A DNA stretch of 64,000 nucleotides from positions 1 to 64,000 of IMG/VR virus record IMGVR_UViG_3300045988_098105. One strand, written 5' to 3'. The notes under the pieces are model-generated. The model was not told the DNA's origin. It saw nothing but the letters and a program-made list of their open reading frames with translations, and did not search any database. How positions within the stretch are numbered: position 1 is the stretch's first letter; the number at the start of each line of letters is the position of its first letter. Below, in pieces: positions 26,681-35,132 of this stretch. Both the position numbers and the translations under genes were made by a program. This stretch comes from a virus.

Positions 26681-28677
26681 TCCATTGTGGCCAGAGCGAA
26701 ATACTCAACCTTCAGTTTATCATCCTTTGATACTACCAGACGGATTTGCTGACCGCCTGTGCTGAGCGGATGGTTAACACTTTCGCATTCATCGAGCACG
26801 ACAGGAACCGATACATCATAGAACTGACCGATAGTGCGCGCGATGTCGATTCCGGCATTCACCTTGGCAGCACCATTGAGGCGGCTGTAAGGCACACCAT
26901 TGTGATAACATTCGCAATAAGGCTTCTTCTCACCATCGAGTTTTGGAAGGAACAGACTCCATTTTACGAAACGGAAGTGCTGATTAACCTTATCTTCGAG
27001 AGCCTTGCAAGACAACTGATAGAACTCATTGGTGATGTTGAGTTTATCATCAATATCATCAAGCTGCTCCTGGAAGATGGCTTTATCCTTCTGTGCTGCT
27101 TCGATATGAGCCATTGTGTTATCGTAAGATGCTTTTGAGGCAAGGAGTTCGAGGACTTCATCGTATCTGTCAGCGAGCGGCTTTCGCTCTTCAGCGAGTG
27201 CTTGAAGTAACTTGTCGTTATCCTCGTTGCTATCTGATGGTTTGTCGAGTTCTGCCTGCAACTCATTAATCTCTTTCACTACCTGCTGATACTCTTCCTT
27301 GTAGGTAAGTATCTCCTCGTAGGTGCTAGGAACATCAGCATCAACATCTGCCTTATGCTTTTCAGCCTCTGCGAGGGCTTGGTGAGCCTTGACAAGCTGG
27401 TTCGCGGTGGTCTGACGATCATCATTCAGTTTATCCAACTCTTTGTTGAGTTCGGTGTATGCGCTCTGGAGTTTGGCAAACTCATTGTTGAGTTCCTTCA
27501 TATCCTCTGCCTTGCGAGAATTGAACCGGTTCTGAGATTCCTGTTTGATGAGCTGAACATCACCGAGAGGGAGAGCCTGACCGCAATGAGGACAGAAACC
27601 TTCCTTATCGTCCCATTCCCAAGTGCGCTTGGCAATCTCATCACTACGCTTGTTTAAGTCGCTAACCTTCTTCTTGCACTCTTCAATCTGAGCGTTTATC
27701 TGAACCTCGGTGGTAGGATAGCCACTCATGACAGCTTTGAGGTTATCAACCGTAGACTCTGCCTTATTGAAGGCTGCGTTGGCGTTGAGAACATCGCTTT
27801 GGTGCTTGGTCATGCTATCGGTAGACTCCTTGTCTGCGCCCTGCTCCATCATTCGCTTGCGCTTTTCTGCAAATTCAATCTTCTTGCGGATTCCGTCAAG
27901 GCGAACTCTGTCTGCTCCACCTGTGCGAATCTGCTGAATCTTGTTGTCTATCTCTACCAATGCTTCTTGGAGATAAGCCTTTTCTTTCTCTAGAGCCTCC
28001 CAATCCAACTTTGGTGGAAGGGTCTTGTCGAGTTCGGCGAGTCTGATAGGGACCGCATCGAGTTCTTTCTGAACTTCTGTGCGCTTGTGCTTGAGGTGGT
28101 GAAGGATGGCATCAATGTCTTTCTGTTTGAGAAGTTCAACAAGATAATCATACTTCTCTTCGCCATTCGTGATGTCTTCGACTGAAATGTCACCTGCCAA
28201 CGACTGAAGGAATGCACGCTGATTCTGCCAAGTCATACCAAGGAATAGATTAGGACAGATACACCACGCAAATGGGTCTTCTTGGAAGATTCCGTCAACT
28301 ACGTTGCTGAAATCTCCGGCGGTAGTCAATTCTCCATCAACATAGTACTTGAATGTGTTGGTGCATTTATCACCTTTCCACTTGTCGGTCAGAACTCGCT
28401 TGAACGAGATTTCATCACCATCTACCAACATAACCAACTCGGATGAATGCTCTATCTCCTTGATAATATTATGATTCTCATCGAAGGTTTTGATGTCGAG
28501 CTGCATGCCGTTGGTATCAGTACCGAATAATGTGTACATGATTCCTTCTGCTATACTTGTCTTCCCTGCTGCATTCTTACCTGAGATTACAGTTAAATCC
28601 TCTCCGAAGTCGAAGACTCCGGCTCGGATGCCACAGAAATTTTGCAGTTTAAGCGTCTTGAATAGGATCTTCTTCAT
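26677..28677 (-). CDS. Rad50/SbcC-like SMC-type ATPase with coiled coil and CxxC hook (666 aa)
   Basis: N-terminal LKLQNFCGI...VISGKNAAGKTSIAEGI (Walker A), a long Glu/Lys/Leu coiled-coil middle containing CPHCGQAL, and a C-terminal VPVVLDECESV (Walker B). Confidence 0.75.
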   Translation of the reverse strand: MKKILFKTLKLQNFCGIRAGVFDFGEDLTVISGKNAAGKTSIAEGIMYTLFGTDTNGMQLDIKTFDENHNIIKEIEHSSELVMLVDGDEISFKRVLTDKWKGDKCTNTFKYYVDGELTTAGDFSNVVDGIFQEDPFAWCICPNLFLGMTWQNQRAFLQSLAGDISVEDITNGEEKYDYLVELLKQKDIDAILHHLKHKRTEVQKELDAVPIRLAELDKTLPPKLDWEALEKEKAYLQEALVEIDNKIQQIRTGGADRVRLDGIRKKIEFAEKRKRMMEQGADKESTDSMTKHQSDVLNANAAFNKAESTVDNLKAVMSGYPTTEVQINAQIEECKKKVSDLNKRSDEIAKRTWEWDDKEGFCPHCGQALPLGDVQLIKQESQNRFNSRKAEDMKELNNEFAKLQSAYTELNKELDKLNDDRQTTANQLVKAHQALAEAEKHKADVDADVPSTYEEILTYKEEYQQVVKEINELQAELDKPSDSNEDNDKLLQALAEERKPLADRYDEVLELLASKASYDNTMAHIEAAQKDKAIFQEQLDDIDDKLNITNEFYQLSCKALEDKVNQHFRFVKWSLFLPKLDGEKKPYCECYHNGVPYSRLNGAAKVNAGIDIARTIGQFYDVSVPVVLDECESVNHPLSTGGQQIRLVVSKDDKLKVEYFALATMD

Positions 28678-28963
28678 TTTTATCTTTGTTTAAAGTTTTT
28701 TCTTTTTCTCTCAGTTCCTTATCGTATTCCTCGAATGCCCTTGCTGTAGCGTAGGTAAATTGGTCGCTATTGCGCATGGCATTCAAGATAAGATTTTTGA
28801 GGTCTTCGGGCGATGCGTGCATGAATGCGTATGCCTTCGGAATGGTTCTGTCACCCATGAGGACGATGCAACGGAAATGCTTTGCCTCATCCCCCATCTT
28901 GTCAACTACATCAAGTACCTTCTTGATATGATTGAAGAAATTCTGTCTGATATTCTTTTTCAT
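28649..28963 (-). CDS. hypothetical protein (104 aa)
   Basis: Track ORF that overlaps the ATPase start by 29 nt. Confidence 0.5.
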   Translation of the reverse strand: MKKNIRQNFFNHIKKVLDVVDKMGDEAKHFRCIVLMGDRTIPKAYAFMHASPEDLKNLILNAMRNSDQFTYATARAFEEYDKELREKEKTLNKDKNEEDPIQDA

Positions 28964-29035
28964 GATTTTGTTTTAAAACCTACCCATGCTCGGGTGTTAA
29001 CCGAGAAATGGGCAGGGAAAATATTAAACAACAAA

Positions 29036-29560
29036 CTAAGCCTTATCTGTTGATCCTAAACCGCTACGAGTGCCGGTTACTTTGCCAAGTTCCAAGTTTG
29101 TATCTGGAACGTAAGTGAAGGCGCCTTGGCAGATGCGTAGGGAATAAGGGATGATAAACTTGAAACCGAGCATACGCATGATGCGATGCTTTAACCTCCA
29201 TCTGCCCGACTTGACGATAGCATGGACTTCTTCACCATAGCCGCAATCAATCAAACCAAGAATCACGTCAAGATTTGCTCTGACCTTGCATAGATAGATG
29301 CCATGTAGGAGCCATGAAGGGCAATAAACATCTAACAACATTCCTTTGCCCGACATGCCACTACGTGGCTGAATCAGCAATTTCATATTTGATGGAAGTT
29401 GTATTTTAAACCCGAGCGGAACGTAAAAGCGTTTGTTTGGAATTACTTCCGTATCCTTGCTGCAATGAAGGTCGTAAGCGGCATCCGTTTCATACGACTT
29501 CGTAGGGAAACACCCATGTGTTACCAATTCTACATTGATTTTTGTTACTGATATACTCAT
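29036..29560 (-). CDS. dut: dUTPase (trimeric type) with extra loops
   Basis: Start at ATG 29560 (MSISVTK). Motifs are AAYDL, PRSGMSGKG, GLIDCGYGEE, RICQ and C-terminal TRSGLGSTD. The spacers between motifs 2-3 and 3-4 look longer than usual. Confidence 0.7.
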   Translation of the reverse strand: MSISVTKINVELVTHGCFPTKSYETDAAYDLHCSKDTEVIPNKRFYVPLGFKIQLPSNMKLLIQPRSGMSGKGMLLDVYCPSWLLHGIYLCKVRANLDVILGLIDCGYGEEVHAIVKSGRWRLKHRIMRMLGFKFIIPYSLRICQGAFTYVPDTNLELGKVTGTRSGLGSTDKA

Positions 29561-29571
29561 ATAATCTATTC

Positions 29572-30189
29572 TTATAAATGTTTCTGTTCTAAAAGTTTGT
29601 CTACTTCTTTCTGATAATCTTCTAAATACATCCACCTAAAGCCGTAAGCCGTTTTCATTTTACCTGTCAGACAACGCCTAACATTTGCCTCAGTCTTACC
29701 CGTCTGTCTTTGAAAATCACATGAACTTGCCCATTTCTTTACAAAAGTACCATCTAAGTTTAGCTGTACGATATGCTTTGCAAGCTTATTATCCCAACCT
29801 ACTGGGTGTTCTCTAGTCCTTTTCAAGACATTATAGGCATGCATCTGATTTTCAGAACGTGTTGCCCATTCTAAATTATCAACACGATTATTCCACTTGT
29901 TGCCATCAATATGATTTACATCTTTTTTGTGTAATGGATTCGGAATGAACGCTTGTGCAACCAAACGGTGTGCGTGTTCGTATTTCACAGTTCCGTTTCC
30001 TTGGTAAAGACAATAAAACAGATACCCGCTCTTTTTCTTTTTCACCCTAAGAAACCTTTCCTTGATATGCCTAATTCCTTTTCCCCAAGGAACTACCCTT
30101 TCCAAAGACTTTACACGACCACAATCAGATATTTGGTAAATACCTTCATATCCTTTTATGTCTCTCCACTCTTCACTTCCATTCGTCAT
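29572..30189 (-). CDS. HNH homing endonuclease (NUMOD4 + HNH_3)
   Basis: EEWRDIKGYEGIYQISDCGRVKS (NUMOD4) and VNHIDGNKWNNRVDNLEWATRSENQMH (HNH). Confidence 0.85.
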   Translation of the reverse strand: MTNGSEEWRDIKGYEGIYQISDCGRVKSLERVVPWGKGIRHIKERFLRVKKKKSGYLFYCLYQGNGTVKYEHAHRLVAQAFIPNPLHKKDVNHIDGNKWNNRVDNLEWATRSENQMHAYNVLKRTREHPVGWDNKLAKHIVQLNLDGTFVKKWASSCDFQRQTGKTEANVRRCLTGKMKTAYGFRWMYLEDYQKEVDKLLEQKHL

Positions 30190-30685
30190 AGTTCTTTTCT
30201 ATTTTAAGTTTTTCAACTTCCTTCTTGTAGAACTCTATAAGCTCTTGAAGCTCGAACAGAGACCAGTTCTTGGCTTGACGATGTTTCCATTCTAGCAGTT
30301 CCATCTTCTTTGAGCCAAGTTTCTTTTCTAGATACTTGCCTAAGTATATCAGATGAGAGCTGTTGAATCTGTTATCGTATTGGCATTCGATTGTCACGTT
30401 GTCCGGATCAAATCTCGTTGCCATGTGAATACGTCCCCAATAGTGACTCGCATCACCTTTAGAGAAAGGTAAGATACGCCTGCAAGTTGGGCACTGAAAC
30501 ACACCTTTATCGTTTACATCACGAAGTCTTATGTAGAGCGAAAACCACCTATCAAGCTTCTTGATGAGTGCTGGCTTGCTAAGTCCGGCTTTCGCCTTCT
30601 TCTTCTCTTGCTCCTTCTTGGCTTTATCCCAAGGAGTCTTCTTTATAGGTGTCCTCTTGAGAGGAGTTTTTCTTTTTAAACCCAT
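30173..30685 (-). CDS. NinG/Rap-like structure-specific endonuclease
   Basis: Start at ATG 30685 (MGLKRKTPLKR). Basic N-terminus, then WFSLYIRLRD...CPTC...DASHY...RFD as in lambda NinG. Confidence 0.65.
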   Translation of the reverse strand: MGLKRKTPLKRTPIKKTPWDKAKKEQEKKKAKAGLSKPALIKKLDRWFSLYIRLRDVNDKGVFQCPTCRRILPFSKGDASHYWGRIHMATRFDPDNVTIECQYDNRFNSSHLIYLGKYLEKKLGSKKMELLEWKHRQAKNWSLFELQELIEFYKKEVEKLKIEKNYDEWK

Positions 30686-30902
30686 ATTGCATGTAATTAT
30701 CATTTGTAGAGTTTGAATACTCGCCCTCGGGCTTTCCGATGTCTGAGGACACATTTTTAATTTTCGAGTTGAGGATATTTATTTTCCTCAGCTTTGACTC
30801 GAAGATTCTCAAGGGTGCCCAAGGGTTTCTTTCGAGTTCTCTGTATATTTCGAGAACCTTTCTCCGGTACTTGTGGAGAGTAGGTTCGGATAAATCTATC
30901 AT
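30624..30902 (-). CDS. hypothetical protein (92 aa)
   Basis: Track ORF and first gene after the gene-free region. It overlaps the NinG-like start by 62 nt. Confidence 0.45.
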   Translation of the reverse strand: MIDLSEPTLHKYRRKVLEIYRELERNPWAPLRIFESKLRKINILNSKIKNVSSDIGKPEGEYSNSTNDNYMQYGFKKKNSSQEDTYKEDSLG

Positions 30903-31015
30903 AAGCCATTGATTTTGAAGTTTAAGAAAACCTGCCTATCCTCACGGACGAGAAGGAAACTATTTGATTTTAAGTTGCTGCCGCTGCAGCGAACAATTAT
31001 ACACAACTTTTCTAG

Positions 31016-31116
31016 TCCACCTTAAGGATTCGGACCCAACTTCCCGATTTGATAAGAATGTATTAAGGATTTACACAATAAGTTTCGGGCGTGCTAACCA
31101 ACTACACCATCGGTGG
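31016..31116 (-). other. degenerate tRNA-like element (not a canonical tRNA)
   Basis: The minus strand reads CCACCGA-TG-GTGT-AGTTGGTTA-GCAC-G-CCCGA-[37 nt]-TCGGG-AAG-TTGGG-TCCGAAT-CCTTA-AGGTGGA. The D-arm is canonical (U8, A14, G18G19, A21). There is a 5-bp stem where the anticodon stem should be, but it closes a 37-nt loop. The T-loop is TCCGAAT, and the acceptor pairs only 5-6 of 7 with a 1-nt register conflict. Confidence 0.3.
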
Positions 31117-31583
31117 ATAACGGCATCATGCGCTACCATAAATTTAAGAGCCATGCTCACCGCTTTAGCTACCAGTCATAAAGACTGATGCTCGGGGATG
31201 CGGACTTATTGAAATAATAATCGCGCATTCCCTTATAATGACTTAACACTATTCGACTTTACACTTTTCCAATATGTCAAAGATCTTATGCCCGCAAACG
31301 GACAATGGGATTGTTCCGGAAACTGCTATATATAATAAGGTATAAAACGAAAGGTGCTGGTAGAATGCTCGACCACAACATTTCCTTATGGTTCGTGGCG
31401 CATGAATTCAACGCAAACAACTTATATTGCCACTGGGTCTATACCGCTCCACACCTAACAATTTCAAGAAATATTATAATAACAATATCCAAAACTATTT
31501 GGGGATTCGAGGCGAGTTGAACGCCTTTGCTCGGGTTTCCCCGCTCACTCCGAGTGAGCTAGCTCGATTCCCATGTTTCACTC

Positions 31584-31705
31584 CTATGCTCACGCACAAG
31601 AGTGAATTGTAACTAGTAACCAACTCTATCTATTGAAGATAGGTTTTGCAAATAAGAAAAAGAACTTTCTTAATTAAGCAATCGTTTAACTATGCTCACG
31701 CACAA
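31584..31705. repeat. perfect 16-nt direct repeat CTATGCTCACGCACAA (31584..31599 and 31690..31705)
   Basis: Read directly from the sequence. The copies are 106 nt apart, just downstream of the Cro-like gene. Confidence 0.9.
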
Positions 31706-31781
31706 CCAAATTTACAAACGCATATTGTCTGAATAACTAATCTAAAAGTTCAACAGCCAAATATTACACACTTAACACACT

Positions 31782-31982
31782 TTATCTGAGTTGTGGCACC
31801 TTTACAGGTTCTGCTCCGAATCGGTTCGTGGCACAGGAACGAATATCCTGAGCCTGTTTGCTATTACTCCGGTAAGCTAGAGCATTATGGACTGTACTCT
31901 TGCAACAACCAAAAATTTTCATGATTTTAGGAATTTTATCTTTATCAATCAAAATTTTTTCTATTTTTACTACCTTTTTCAT
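31782..31982 (-). CDS. Cro-like small HTH protein (66 aa)
   Basis: IMKIFGCCKSTVHNALAYRSNS is HTH-like. The gene is divergent from the CI-like gene. Confidence 0.5.
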   Translation of the reverse strand: MKKVVKIEKILIDKDKIPKIMKIFGCCKSTVHNALAYRSNSKQAQDIRSCATNRFGAEPVKVPQLR

Positions 31983-31993
31983 ATTATTTTTTG

Positions 31994-32088
31994 TATATTT
32001 GCACCATAAATCTGTTTAGAACGAGTTTTATTCTCGTTTACGGATGCAAAGATACATGTTTATAGACAAATATCCAAGGATATAGACA
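31994..32088. promoter_or_regulatory. lysis/lysogeny switch region with candidate boxes and operators
   Basis: TATATTTG at 31994..32001 (+). TATCTTTG as the rc of 32047..32054 (-). Hairpin AACGAG-N7-CTCGTT at about 32019..32037. TATAGACA at 32061..32068 and 32081..32088. Confidence 0.4.
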
Positions 32089-32137
32089 TATATTTATGGT
32101 TAATTTACGTATTTACACATTTATAAACACTAGCAGT

Positions 32138-32500
32138 ATGGAAGGATTAAGAGATAGAATCAACGAGATAAGAGACCATTACAGGCTGACTAACAGAGGG
32201 TTTGCAGACGCTATCGGGGCAAAACCTGCTGCTACGAACAACTATTTGAACGGCACAAAGGAGCCTTCGATGGAGTTTATAGACAGAATACTGACTACAT
32301 ACGTAGACATTTCAGCAGATTGGCTACTTTGTGGCAGAGGCAGTATGTTTTACGATGCAGACAAGCAGACGGACGAAAAATTGCTGAAAGAACTAGCAGA
32401 AACAAAAGTAAAGTTGCTAGTACAGGAAGGAGTGGTTAAGGAGTTAAAGCAAATCATCAGCGAGAAGATTGCTGAAAGAGACAAAAGCCTTGTTGGCTGA
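32138..32500 (+). CDS. CI-like HTH repressor (XRE family) with coiled-coil tail
   Basis: Start at ATG 32138 (MEGLRDRINEIRDHY). LTNRGFADAIGAKPAATNNYLNGTKEPS is an HTH_3 pattern, and ADWLLCGRGSM is typical of Bacteroidota phage repressors. Convergent with int. Confidence 0.7.
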   Translation: MEGLRDRINEIRDHYRLTNRGFADAIGAKPAATNNYLNGTKEPSMEFIDRILTTYVDISADWLLCGRGSMFYDADKQTDEKLLKELAETKVKLLVQEGVVKELKQIISEKIAERDKSLVG

Positions 32501-32544
32501 TACGATAAAGGGGAGCCTTCTTTGCGAAGACTCCCCTTGTTGTG

Positions 32545-33678
32545 TTACATCTTGCCTTCAAGGGCATCGAAAGCAGATTGTACGTCCTTATTTAATGTAC
32601 GTGCGTATCTAGTAGTCTGACGCAATGTAGTGTGTCCAAGCACCCTTGCCACGATGTTAATAGGCATTCCCTTCGACAGGAATAAGGTTGCCGCAGTCGC
32701 TCTACCCATGTGGGTATGCAGTCTGTCAACTCCGACCATCTGCCCGATCGCCTTCAAATAATCATTATACCTTTGATTCGACATCTTAGGCAGCTTGAAA
32801 TCATACTTCTGTAGTATCTCCAGGGCAGGTTTGAGAAGTTGGAAAACGAAATCTGTATCTGTTTTCGTTCTCTTTGCGTGATAGAACATTTTTCCTCCTA
32901 TCTCCTCGCAGTTGCCATAGTTGAACGATGCAAGGTCAGAATATGCAAGTCCGGTGTAGCATTGGAAGAGGAACAAATCTCTTGCATGGAGAATATGAGG
33001 TGTTGAGAGTTTCAGTTTCTTGATGGCAGCAAACTGCTCTTCTGTGACACAATCAACATACTGCTTTTCCCCCTTGCCAATATGAAACGGAAGAAACTTA
33101 TAAGGATTCTGCTCAATAAGTCCGTCTATCATCGCATCATTGATGAACAACTTGAGATACTTGTGATAGTCGTAGATTGTGCATTGAGCCTTATCCTGTC
33201 TGTGTAGATACTCATCCATCGCGCGCACCTTCGACACATTGCAGTCTTGGAACGATTTTATCTTTCCCCATGTTTTTAGGAATTTGATAAAGACATCATA
33301 GCGTTTCTTGGTATGCTCGCACACCTTGCGCTCATTTCGTCTTCTCTCGCAGTACTCGATGAAAGAAGTTCCTTCGTCTTCCCCGTTCATTAAGGAAATA
33401 ACGGCATTCAAATCATAGTTTCCTTCTTTCACCAACTTCTCAATGACCTCATGCGCTCTAGAAGTGTATGCAGTCAATAAGTTGTTGAGTTCATCTGCAT
33501 CCTTGCGCTTGATTATCTTCTTTGTGGTATCAGACCATTGATTTGTAGTCACCTTGATACCGGTAGAATAATACTTGCGCGTACCCTTCGTACTAAAGCA
33601 CAATTCGATAGAAACTTCCTTCTGAGAGGTCCCACGTTTCTGGCGATCGTGAAAAATACTTAAATTAATTTTTGCCAT
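32545..33678 (-). CDS. int: tyrosine site-specific integrase (Bacteroidota phage/ICE type)
   Basis: Start at ATG 33678 (MAKINLSIFHDRQ). Catalytic pattern HAKRTKTD ... HMGRATAAT ... LGHTTLRQTTRYA (R..HxxR..H..Y). Confidence 0.9.
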   Translation of the reverse strand: MAKINLSIFHDRQKRGTSQKEVSIELCFSTKGTRKYYSTGIKVTTNQWSDTTKKIIKRKDADELNNLLTAYTSRAHEVIEKLVKEGNYDLNAVISLMNGEDEGTSFIEYCERRRNERKVCEHTKKRYDVFIKFLKTWGKIKSFQDCNVSKVRAMDEYLHRQDKAQCTIYDYHKYLKLFINDAMIDGLIEQNPYKFLPFHIGKGEKQYVDCVTEEQFAAIKKLKLSTPHILHARDLFLFQCYTGLAYSDLASFNYGNCEEIGGKMFYHAKRTKTDTDFVFQLLKPALEILQKYDFKLPKMSNQRYNDYLKAIGQMVGVDRLHTHMGRATAATLFLSKGMPINIVARVLGHTTLRQTTRYARTLNKDVQSAFDALEGKM

Positions 33679-34266
33679 TTTGGTAACATAAATTTTGAAG
33701 GTTGGTATCATTTTTGTAACACTCACCTTCGTTTAACATTTTTCCAAATTTGGCTAAATCCCTCTAAATTAGAGTTTTACGGACATTATGTGTTTAAACT
33801 GGTTTAAAACGAGTTTAAGAAATCAATATTTATGACATAACACTTTTAAAAACTAAAAGCAGCTAACATAAATATCTGATATTCAGTACTTTATATTAGC
33901 TGCTTTAAACAAATTTTTCTTACTAAATGTAGCATTTTTATGCTTAAAAAGTGATTCCGTTGGGGTCACAACCAATTTCTCACAAAACTGTCTATATCAG
34001 CCACTTATCTTTCGTGTGCAAAGATAGTGATAACATTTTTATAACACAAATTTTTAATTACTTTTTAACTATATTTTGCAAAAGTTGAAATTTGGTGGTT
34101 TCAAATACTTTTCTTACTTTTGCACTCGTCAATACGGATTTTCACCTCTATCTTGTTGATACAACATTTGTGAAACTTCAATACTTTCAATAGGTATTAC
34201 AATATAGGGGATTGATTAAACCGATAGAAGAGGTGCGGTTTTTTCTTTCCCCAATTTTTGTTTGCT

Positions 34267-35070
34267 ATGCAGTATATAAACGTCACCATAGAACTCCTTA
34301 AGACATACTCTTCAAGCAAGAGCATGAAGGAACTTCTTGCGCTGGCGATATGGTTCAAAATGCAGCATAGCAATTCCGTGATTTGGAACGTAACAGAATA
34401 CAAATTGCGCAAAGGATTACGTATTGGAAGACCAAAAGCTCAAAGACTTATTCGAGACATGAAAGATAGCGACCTGTTTACTATAGATGGCAATAAGGTT
34501 GTTGTCTCCTCATTCCGTGACCATACAACAAAGTGGACTCGGAAGAACAAAGAGTATCATGGAGCAATGGTCTGTAAGTTTGAAGTGAAGGAGTACACGA
34601 TGAAGGAACTCTACAATCTCATAAACGAGAAACTTTTTGTCTATCCGATTTGTGCAGCCGAACACAAGGACTGTTGCATGAAAGCATCTGATGATGGAAA
34701 AGTCGGTGCCAAAGGTAAAGCTATCACGATTGGGCAGTTTAAAAAGGCGATCAATATGAGTAGTGGTGCTGTTTCTAAGTTGAAGAAGAAACTGATAGGA
34801 GAAGGGAAAATAAGTTCCACTCTTGCAGAAAAGCACTCCTTTGATGTTAGAAACGAAGAAGAGACGAAAAGGACATTAAAGAGGACTGGCAAGAAGAAAG
34901 CCGACTTTGTTGTTGGTACGCTCGGTTTCATAGTCCTTGCATGTTCTTACTCAATTACCGATAGAATGGTTTCTGATGGATTCAGACATCTCATCTACGG
35001 AAAGCAAAATGAAAAGGTGATACAGAAGGACATGAGCTTTGGAGGAATTCCTGATGGATTCTTCTGTTAA
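34267..35070 (+). CDS. hypothetical protein, possible DNA-binding/replication initiator (267 aa)
   Basis: The track ORF starts at TTG 34258, and the first ATG is 34267. A TACTTTTG box lies at 34115..34122. The function is a guess. Confidence 0.55.
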   Translation: MQYINVTIELLKTYSSSKSMKELLALAIWFKMQHSNSVIWNVTEYKLRKGLRIGRPKAQRLIRDMKDSDLFTIDGNKVVVSSFRDHTTKWTRKNKEYHGAMVCKFEVKEYTMKELYNLINEKLFVYPICAAEHKDCCMKASDDGKVGAKGKAITIGQFKKAINMSSGAVSKLKKKLIGEGKISSTLAEKHSFDVRNEEETKRTLKRTGKKKADFVVGTLGFIVLACSYSITDRMVSDGFRHLIYGKQNEKVIQKDMSFGGIPDGFFC

Positions 35071-35132
35071 ACTCTTCTGTGTTCATTTGTGGAACCTACA
35101 TTGAAAGAAAGAAAATTATAATATTGAAAGTT

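Noticed and set aside
31165-31195. Stem-loop that can be drawn as an anticodon arm with anticodon UUA (an ochre suppressor tRNA idea, tempting given the in-frame TAA at 41843)
   Set aside because: It is better explained as a 10-bp hairpin with a 5-nt loop. No D-arm, T-arm or acceptor stem flank it, position 37 would be a pyrimidine, and all large genes are open in the standard code.
30964-31612. Plus-strand ORFs 30964..31188, 31305..31520 and 31427..31612 in the gene-free region
   Set aside because: They are isolated and mutually overlapping, with unusual composition and no promoter box or coupling. The region is better described as non-coding and structured.
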